NCBI GenBank assembly: GCA_001797465.1
Contig: MGPQ01000009.1
Span: 65,009-129,008, forward strand
Direction of reading: 5' to 3'
Source of the DNA: Deltaproteobacteria bacterium GWB2_55_19
GTDB lineage: Bacteria; Desulfobacterota; GWC2-55-46
Length of the DNA stretch: 64,000 bases
Below, in pieces: positions 57,785 through 64,000 of this stretch. Position 1 is the first letter of the stretch; each line of letters opens with the position of its first letter. The notes below the pieces were generated by a model. It was not told the DNA's origin. It made no database searches and saw only the letters and a list, made by a program, of their open reading frames with translations. The position numbers and the translations under genes are program-made.

Positions 57785-58873
57785 CTACCTCTTTGAAAAC
57801 CTCTTCCCAGTCTCCTGCCTCACGAGCCCTTTGAGCTCCATCTGGAGGAGGAGCGCCGAGGCCTTTGCCGCGCTCAGGCTCGTCATGCCGGCGATGTCGT
57901 CTATGTGGAGCGACTCGTCCTTGAGCGCCTTCCATATAAGGAGCTCGTCCCCGGCTATCTCCCTCTTTCCCTTTTGGGCATCATTATCTTCCTCAGGCGC
58001 TATCGTTATTGAGAGCGCCTCGAATATGTCCTCAACTGAAGTGACTATCGCCGCGCCTTCCCTTATGAGCCTGTTCGTCCCGGCGGACCTGCCGGAGGTC
58101 ATCTGCCCTGGCACCGCGAGCACCTCTCTGTTATAATCGAGCGAGAGCCTCGCGGTCATGAGCGCGCCGCTCCTTAAGGGCGCCTCAACTACGACGACGC
58201 CGTCGGAGACGCCGCTTATTATTCTGTTCCTCTTCGGAAAATTGTAGCCCGCGGGCGGGGTCCCCATAGGGTATTCGGAGACGACGAGCCCTTTTTCAAT
58301 TATCTCGTTATAGAGTTTCGCGTTCTCGCCGGGGTAAGGCACATCCACGCCCGTGCCGAGGACCGCGACGGTCCTGCCGCCCGCGAAGAGCGCCCCCCTG
58401 TGCGCGTAGGTGTCGCACCCGCGCGCCATGCCGCTTGCAATAGTCACCCCGGCGGATGCGAGGTCTATGGCTAACGTCTCCGAGACCTTGAGCCCGTAGT
58501 GCGTAGGCCGTCTCGTGCCGACTATGGCTACAACGGGCGCTTCATAATCGCTTCTCCTGCCCTTCATATACAGGAGCGCGGGCGCGTCAGGTATTTCGCG
58601 TAAAAGCGGCGGGTACTCGGGGTCGTCAAACGGGACGACGCGCGCGCCACCCTCGCTTACAAGCCTTATTTCCTTCTCCACCCAGTCCCAGTCGCCGAAG
58701 GCCTTTATCGAAGCCGCGAACTCCGTTGAATAGGCGTTGAGGGCGGCGCTCGACCCGGCGAAGACCGCCTCGGGCGCGCCGAACCTCTCCAGTATCCCGG
58801 ATATGGGAAAACGCCCTATCCCCTTTACCCGGCTCAAGGCAAGCCAGTGCTTCAATCCGCTTTCAGCATCCAT
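57785..58873 (-). CDS. dprA: DNA-processing protein DprA (Smf).
   Basis: ...LSRVKGIG... and a Rossmann-like DprA core, ...VAIVGTRRPT.YG... Confidence 0.85.
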   Translation of the reverse strand: MDAESGLKHWLALSRVKGIGRFPISGILERFGAPEAVFAGSSAALNAYSTEFAASIKAFGDWDWVEKEIRLVSEGGARVVPFDDPEYPPLLREIPDAPALLYMKGRRSDYEAPVVAIVGTRRPTHYGLKVSETLAIDLASAGVTIASGMARGCDTYAHRGALFAGGRTVAVLGTGVDVPYPGENAKLYNEIIEKGLVVSEYPMGTPPAGYNFPKRNRIISGVSDGVVVVEAPLRSGALMTARLSLDYNREVLAVPGQMTSGRSAGTNRLIREGAAIVTSVEDIFEALSITIAPEEDNDAQKGKREIAGDELLIWKALKDESLHIDDIAGMTSLSAAKASALLLQMELKGLVRQETGKRFSKR

Positions 58874-58952
58874 AAAAGACCTTGGCTGTACGGGTTTAAG
58901 GGAATACAGGACCGAAGACCGGAGTGAGGCCTAACGCCATCGCCTCCGGATG

Positions 58953-60110
58953 TCAATTGGTGCGGAGCGTGGAGATCCTGTCGCCCCAGTTTATGGGTTG
59001 GGAATTCTTTATAACTATGCAGGACGAAGTGGTCTCGCCGGCCTCCAGTACGACGGCCGCGCCGAGCTCAATGGGGGGCAGGTTTACGTCCCTGCCGTCA
59101 TTCGGGTCGCTCACGGCCTCTACGGGCCTGTAGACCCGGAGCAGGTTGCCCTTCTTGAGCCCGTCCCTCTCGCCCTTGTCCACATACGCGATGTCGCCGC
59201 TGACCAGGTTCTCGGTCCCCTCGGCGCCGAAGACGACGAAGCCGGAGAGGTCCTTCTCGGCCTCGGTGATCTCGACCTCGGTCAGGACGGGCCTCACCGC
59301 GTCGAGCTTCGCGTCCGTCGGTATCTCCTTGTAAGAGACCTCTATCCGCGCCTCAACGACTTCGCCTTTTAAGCCCGTGACAACGAGCTCACCGAGCACG
59401 TCGATGATCGAGCCTATCCTGCCGCCGGTCTCAGGGTGTTTCACCTCCGTTTCCTCGAGGAATATGGCGAACCTGTCCCCTTCTTTTACGGGCCCCTTGA
59501 ACGCGGCGTAGACGTAGTCGCCCTGGCTTACATAGACGTTGCTGTCCAGTTTGGCCGCGGCTATCGACCCTGCCGCAATGAGGTCTTTTGCGGAAATGAA
59601 GCCCCTCCTCTGGATGTTATTCGACTTTACGGACGGCTTCGAGGGCGCTTCCACTGCGGGAGGCGCCGGCAACGCCTCCGCCGGCACGGCCCCGGCGGCC
59701 GTATCAACGCCCGGCTCCGGCTCCAGCACCACAACCCTGCCCTCTGGACCAACGACAGCGTCCTCAAGGGTCACGATTGGCAGGGTCTCGGCCCCCGCTT
59801 CTTTTTTGCTCACTATCTCTATCCCGTCCGGCGTAATCTTCACGATGTCGCCCGGGTATATGAGGTGCGGGTTCTTTATGTACGGGTTTATCTTCCAGAT
59901 AGAGGGCCACTTGAAGGGGTTCTTCAAGAACTTCCCGGAGATGTCCCAGAGCGTGTCTCTCGGCACTATTTTGTATTCGGCCGGACCCGCCGCCTCGACG
60001 GCCTTATCCACGTCCGCGTCCTTAACCGCGACGTCGTCAGCAGAGGCCGCGATCGACGCGGAGAGAACCAGGACAAAAGCAAACGCCGTTATAAGATTCC
60101 TTTTCATCAC
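58953..60110 (-). CDS. Secreted LysM-domain protein.
   Basis: Signal peptide, then LysM (YKIVPRDTLWDISGKF...IYPGDIVKI). The long C-terminal region has no assignable domain. Confidence 0.65.
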   Translation of the reverse strand: MMKRNLITAFAFVLVLSASIAASADDVAVKDADVDKAVEAAGPAEYKIVPRDTLWDISGKFLKNPFKWPSIWKINPYIKNPHLIYPGDIVKITPDGIEIVSKKEAGAETLPIVTLEDAVVGPEGRVVVLEPEPGVDTAAGAVPAEALPAPPAVEAPSKPSVKSNNIQRRGFISAKDLIAAGSIAAAKLDSNVYVSQGDYVYAAFKGPVKEGDRFAIFLEETEVKHPETGGRIGSIIDVLGELVVTGLKGEVVEARIEVSYKEIPTDAKLDAVRPVLTEVEITEAEKDLSGFVVFGAEGTENLVSGDIAYVDKGERDGLKKGNLLRVYRPVEAVSDPNDGRDVNLPPIELGAAVVLEAGETTSSCIVIKNSQPINWGDRISTLRTN

Positions 60111-60144
60111 CCCTCCTTAAGGGTCAACCCCTTCCCCGTGCCGG

Positions 60145-60849
60145 TCAGCGCCTGGCGAGCCTGTCAAGCGCCTTCCTGGCCTTGCCGGCGGCCTCCGTGC
60201 CCGGGTACTTCCTTACGACCTTTTCGAGATACTCTCTTCCCTTCTCAATATCCTCCATCTCCAGGCATGAGTACGCCGCCTTTAGAAGCGCGTCCGGGGC
60301 CTTGTTCTCCCCGGGATACCTGTCGACTACTTCCCTGAACCTGGCGAGCGCCGCAACGAAGTCCTTCTCCGAGTAGTACGACTCGCCTACCCAGTAAAGG
60401 GCGTTATCCGAAAGCGTATGGTCCGGATAGGCCTTCAAAAACCTTGCGAACACCTTCCTCGACTCCTCGAAGTTGCCGTTAAGGAAAAGGTCCTGCCCCT
60501 TGTTGTAAAGCTCGTCAGGCCCCTCGGCCTTTGCCGGGGCCTGCGCCTCAACCATCGGCGCGGCCGCGGACGACGGCTCTTCCTCTAACGGCACGACTTT
60601 AAGCCCCTCGGGCACCAACGGGCGCGAGAGCTTCTCTATGTCGGCCTTCGCGGTCTCAAGCTTCTCATGGAGGAGGTTAAACTTGTTGTTGAGGTCCTCG
60701 ACCTTCGCGTCGCGCTCGTCAATCGACGCCTTGAGCTCCGTCACCTTTCTCCCGAGCTCGTCGACCTTCTTCTCGTGCTCGCCCATGCCGGCGCAACCCG
60801 CAAACAGCAACGCCGCGGCAATGCTTAAAATAATCGGTCTGTTTTTCAT
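60145..60849 (-). CDS. cpoB: Tol-Pal system protein YbgF/CpoB.
   Basis: Lipobox AGC, an N-terminal coiled coil and C-terminal TPRs (...YPGTEAAGKA...). Confidence 0.7.
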   Translation of the reverse strand: MKNRPIILSIAAALLFAGCAGMGEHEKKVDELGRKVTELKASIDERDAKVEDLNNKFNLLHEKLETAKADIEKLSRPLVPEGLKVVPLEEEPSSAAAPMVEAQAPAKAEGPDELYNKGQDLFLNGNFEESRKVFARFLKAYPDHTLSDNALYWVGESYYSEKDFVAALARFREVVDRYPGENKAPDALLKAAYSCLEMEDIEKGREYLEKVVRKYPGTEAAGKARKALDRLARR

Positions 60850-61014
60850 TTTTCAAAAATATCCTTCGAAGGCCCTTTCTGTCAAGTGAAATCAACTGAT
60901 GATGAAGCCGGGGTATCCCTTGCCATTCCGTACGCCCCTGGGCAGGCGGCCTCGGCGAGGCCTTCGCCTCGTATTATATTTAGCCCTAAAGGGCCTTTAA
61001 ATCAGTGACCGCTA

Positions 61015-61605
61015 TCACGGCCGGTCCGGGGCGGAGAGCATCTCGAATATCTTTTTTCCGAGGTCGAGCTTTCCCGCGCCGGTTGTGGCCGAAAAAAGGA
61101 CCGCCTCGTGCGCCGGGATGATCTTCTTAAGCACTTTCAGCCGGGACGAGAGCTGGTTGCTCGATAACTTGTCTATCTTGGTAAAGACCGTTGTGACCGG
61201 GATGCCGAAGCCCTCTATCCAGTCGCAGAGCTTCAGCTCCGCCTCTCCGGCGTCGCGCCTCGGGTCGAGGATGAGGAACGCGCCCTTGAGGTTCCGCCTC
61301 TCCGAGAGGTATTCTCCTATCATCCCCTCCCACGAGCGCCTCTCCTCGTGCGAGACCTTGGCGTAGCCGAAACCCGGGAGGTCCACGAGGCGGAACTCCA
61401 GGTTGATGGCGTAGAAGTTTATGGTCCGCGTCTTTCCCGGCGTGGAGCTCGTCTTTGCGAGGCCCTTTCTCATGGTGAGCGAATTTATGAGCGAGGACTT
61501 CCCCACGTTCGACCTGCCGATGAGCGCTATCTCGGGGAGTCCGTCCTTTGGCCAGCCCGGCGCGGCCACGGCGCTTGTGATGAACTCGGCTGATGTTATC
61601 TTCAA
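61015..61605 (-). CDS. engB: Ribosome biogenesis GTPase EngB/YihA.
   Basis: G1 motif GRSNVGKSSL and G3 motif DLPGFGYA. Confidence 0.9.
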   Translation of the reverse strand: MKITSAEFITSAVAAPGWPKDGLPEIALIGRSNVGKSSLINSLTMRKGLAKTSSTPGKTRTINFYAINLEFRLVDLPGFGYAKVSHEERRSWEGMIGEYLSERRNLKGAFLILDPRRDAGEAELKLCDWIEGFGIPVTTVFTKIDKLSSNQLSSRLKVLKKIIPAHEAVLFSATTGAGKLDLGKKIFEMLSAPDRP

Positions 61606-61612
61606 TGTTCCC

Positions 61613-63400
61613 TCATGTGACGGAGATGACCTCCTCGTAAGTGGTTATGCCCTGCAGCATCTTCCTTATGGCGGATTCGCGGAGGACCGACATGCCTTCG
61701 GCGCGCGCGGCCTTTTGTATTACGGTAGAGTCAGAGGTCTTGGCGACTATCGCCTTTATCTTGTCTGAAAAATCCATTATCTCGAATACGCCGGTCCTGC
61801 CCTTGTAGCCCGTCCCCCTGCACTCCGTGCAACCCTCGCCGTAATAGACCCTGTACTCCTTTTCCTTGAGCCTTAAGTACTCGACCTCCTCGGTCTTCAG
61901 GACCCTCGTCTTCCTGCAGTTCGAGCATATCTTCCGCACCAGCCGCTGGGCTATGATGCCGACGACAGTCGAGTTTATGAGGAACCCGGGGACGCCGAGA
62001 TCCATGAGCCTCGTGACGGACGAGGGCGCGTCGTTCGTGTGAAGCGTTGAAAACACGAGGTGGCCGGTGAGCGCGGCCTGCACGGCGTTATCCGCGGTCT
62101 CCTTGTCCCTTATCTCGCCGACCATGATGATGTCTGGGTCCTGGCGGAGAATAGTGCGGAGCGACCCGGCGAAGTCCACGCCTATCTGGGGCTGGACCCC
62201 GACCTGGTTGAACTCCTCCACTATCATCTCTATCGGGTCCTCGATCGTAACGATGTTCACTTCAGGCGAGGAAAGCGATTTCAGCGCCGAGTACAGCGTA
62301 GTAGTCTTGCCGGACCCGGTAGGGCCTGTGACAAGCACGATGCCGTACGTCCTTTTGATGAACGAGTTGAAGACGTCGAGCTCTGAGGGAAAAAACCCGA
62401 GGCCGCTCAAATCCTGGAATAGGACCTCGGGGTCGAATATCCTTATGACGACCTTCTCTCCGAACGCCGTCGGGAGTGTAGAGACCCTGAGCTCTATTTC
62501 CCGCCCCCTGGACTCGGTCTTGATGCGCCCGTCCTGCGGCTTTCTCTTTTCAGCTATATCCATCCTCGAGAGCATCTTTATGCGCGAAAGGATGGACGGG
62601 TGGACGACCTTCGGGATCGTGTGTATGTAGTGGAGGACGCCGTCTATGCGGAGACGGACGTGCGAGCGGTCCCTCTTGGGCTCGATGTGTATGTCGCTCG
62701 CCCGCTGGTCGTAGGCGTAATGGAGCAGGTACTCGACCGCGTTTACGATGTGCTGGTCCGTAGCGTCGAGCTCGACCGCCCCCTTCAGCCTCACGTACTG
62801 CTCGAGGTTGCCTAATTCCGTAGAGTGCGAGAACTCTTTTTCAGCCGCGCCGACCGAGTACCTGAAGCCGTAGAACTCGCGGACGATCTTCAATATGTCG
62901 GACTTCGAGCTCAAGACGAGGTCGACCTTCATCCTCCTCGTGGCTTTAAGGCTCTCCACGGCCTCGAGGTTGAAAGGGTCGGCTACGGCGAGCGTCACGA
63001 CGCGGTCTTTCTCCTCTATCGGGACGACGAGGTATCTCTGCGCGAACGGCCTCGGTATGTGCGAGGTGACGATGTCGAGGTTTAGCTTTAACGGGTCTAT
63101 CTTCCTGTACGGGAGGCCGACCTCCTCGGCGATGACCTCGGTTATCATGTCCTCGGTGAGGGTCTTTTTGGGGTCGGTTACGAGCGGGAGGCCTAATGAG
63201 GCGACGACCTCGGCAGGCGAGACGAACTCGGCGACCGTCTGTCTCTTGGCGGAGTACATCGACTCCTGGGACTTTTTGATCCGCGCCCTCTGCCCCTCGC
63301 CGCGGATAAGTATCTCCCTCTCCTCGGTCTCTCCGATGAGCTTCTTTTTCCTGAGGAGCGCGGTTACGAACTCGATTGTAAGGGCCTTCTTTTCGGTCAT
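61613..63400 (-). CDS. GspE/PilB-family secretion ATPase (type II secretion or type IV pilus).
   Basis: T2SSE_N domain, Walker A GPTGSGKTT and a C-terminal tetracysteine CSNC...CTEC. Confidence 0.85.
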   Translation of the reverse strand: MTEKKALTIEFVTALLRKKKLIGETEEREILIRGEGQRARIKKSQESMYSAKRQTVAEFVSPAEVVASLGLPLVTDPKKTLTEDMITEVIAEEVGLPYRKIDPLKLNLDIVTSHIPRPFAQRYLVVPIEEKDRVVTLAVADPFNLEAVESLKATRRMKVDLVLSSKSDILKIVREFYGFRYSVGAAEKEFSHSTELGNLEQYVRLKGAVELDATDQHIVNAVEYLLHYAYDQRASDIHIEPKRDRSHVRLRIDGVLHYIHTIPKVVHPSILSRIKMLSRMDIAEKRKPQDGRIKTESRGREIELRVSTLPTAFGEKVVIRIFDPEVLFQDLSGLGFFPSELDVFNSFIKRTYGIVLVTGPTGSGKTTTLYSALKSLSSPEVNIVTIEDPIEMIVEEFNQVGVQPQIGVDFAGSLRTILRQDPDIIMVGEIRDKETADNAVQAALTGHLVFSTLHTNDAPSSVTRLMDLGVPGFLINSTVVGIIAQRLVRKICSNCRKTRVLKTEEVEYLRLKEKEYRVYYGEGCTECRGTGYKGRTGVFEIMDFSDKIKAIVAKTSDSTVIQKAARAEGMSVLRESAIRKMLQGITTYEEVISVT

Positions 63401-63460
63401 CCTGCGGCTTTCTTCGCCTCACGGCGCATTCAAAACGCTTAAATCCCTCTAAACCCGCCG

Positions 63461-63721
63461 CTAATGCAGTCCATCTCTTTTTTCGGCAGATTCGTCCTTT
63501 TCTTTATACGCCTCCCTGCAGATGGACGCGTCGAGGAGGGTCTTCAAAAGCTTGTTGGTCTTTTCCTGCTCCTCTATGAGCTTTTTAAGGAGCGGCTTGG
63601 TGCCGAAGACCGAGAAGGGCATGGCTATCCAGAGGACGAGTATGACGCCTACGGATATGAGGAGGAATATGGCGAACGCCCCCAATACCACGAGGGTGGA
63701 GCTGAAGTATGACGGGTCCAT
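63461..63721 (-). CDS. Small hypothetical membrane protein with one TM helix.
   Basis: 86 aa, with a hydrophobic helix followed by a charged tail. No pilin prepeptide motif. Confidence 0.35.
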   Translation of the reverse strand: MDPSYFSSTLVVLGAFAIFLLISVGVILVLWIAMPFSVFGTKPLLKKLIEEQEKTNKLLKTLLDASICREAYKEKDESAEKRDGLH

Positions 63722-63730
63722 TTTAACCTG

Positions 63731-64000
63731 TTATTCTGATAGTATCCTCATTAAAGCGGCGTCGAAAGACAACCTCTCCTGCGCCGAGGTCAACATGTCC
63801 TTTACCGCGACCTCGCCTTTGGCGAGCTCGTCGTCGCCCATTATCACAGTGTATCGCGCGCCAAGCCTGTCCGCCCGTTTCATCCTGCTCTTTAAAGACC
63901 CCGGCGAGAACTCCTCCATCACCTTGCTCCCCTTTTCCCTCCAGGACCTGAGTATGGGGATGGACGCCTCCTCGGCCTTCTCACCTAATGCGATGAAGAC
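63731..64000 (-). CDS. hisS: Class II aminoacyl-tRNA synthetase anticodon-binding domain, probably the C-terminus of histidyl-tRNA synthetase. The 5' part lies outside the window.
   Basis: ...KRADRLGARYTVIMGDDELAKGEVAVKDM...SAQERL... The ORF runs off the window end. Confidence 0.5.
   Translation of the reverse strand, partial: VFIALGEKAEEASIPILRSWREKGSKVMEEFSPGSLKSRMKRADRLGARYTVIMGDDELAKGEVAVKDMLTSAQERLSFDAALMRILSE

Noticed and set aside
63461-63721. The small membrane protein next to GspE/PilB as a type IV pilin.
   Set aside because: It has no G-F/M-T/S-L-I/L-E prepilin cleavage motif and the hydrophobic segment is not N-terminal in the pilin manner.

Overview
This is a GC-rich, gene-dense chromosomal segment from a diderm (Gram-negative) bacterium. 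The diderm call rests on LptF/LptG, the Tol-Pal protein YbgF/CpoB, LspA and a GspE/PilB-like ATPase. Most of the window is housekeeping, predominantly on the minus strand:
- a complete oxidative pentose-phosphate operon (tkt, a fused tal-pgi gene, gnd, zwf, glk, pgl)
- panBCD
- aspS, ileS-lspA, topA-dprA, uvrB, an activation-domain-less metH, rlmD, greA, tsaD/rsmA, engB and a hisS C-terminal fragment.

The first ~18 kb looks more accessory:
- a truncated glycosyltransferase, a radical-SAM/SPASM-like enzyme and a membrane-anchored metallophosphoesterase
- a livKHMGF ABC transporter
- a lipoprotein built from tandem SBBP beta-propeller repeats
- tRNA-Glu(TTC) and tRNA-Lys(TTT) with a MITE-like element between them
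- a solo HEPN-family protein
- lptFG running convergently into three tandem paralogues of a multi-TM GT-C/TMTC-like domain fused to TPR repeats.

Other notable items:
- a three-gene operon of small triheme c-type cytochromes with a near-consensus sigma70 promoter and an intrinsic terminator
- two PilZ-type c-di-GMP effectors, one fused to a receiver domain
- a three-copy ~130-bp MITE-like repeat with CTCTAAAAATT terminal inverted repeats, one copy carrying a nested ~90-nt insert
- a recurring intergenic palindrome, CCCCTCTTTAGAAAAGAGGGG.

I found no CRISPR array, prophage, integrase, transposase or recognisable defence operon. All calls rest on reading the supplied translations and the DNA; no database search was run.
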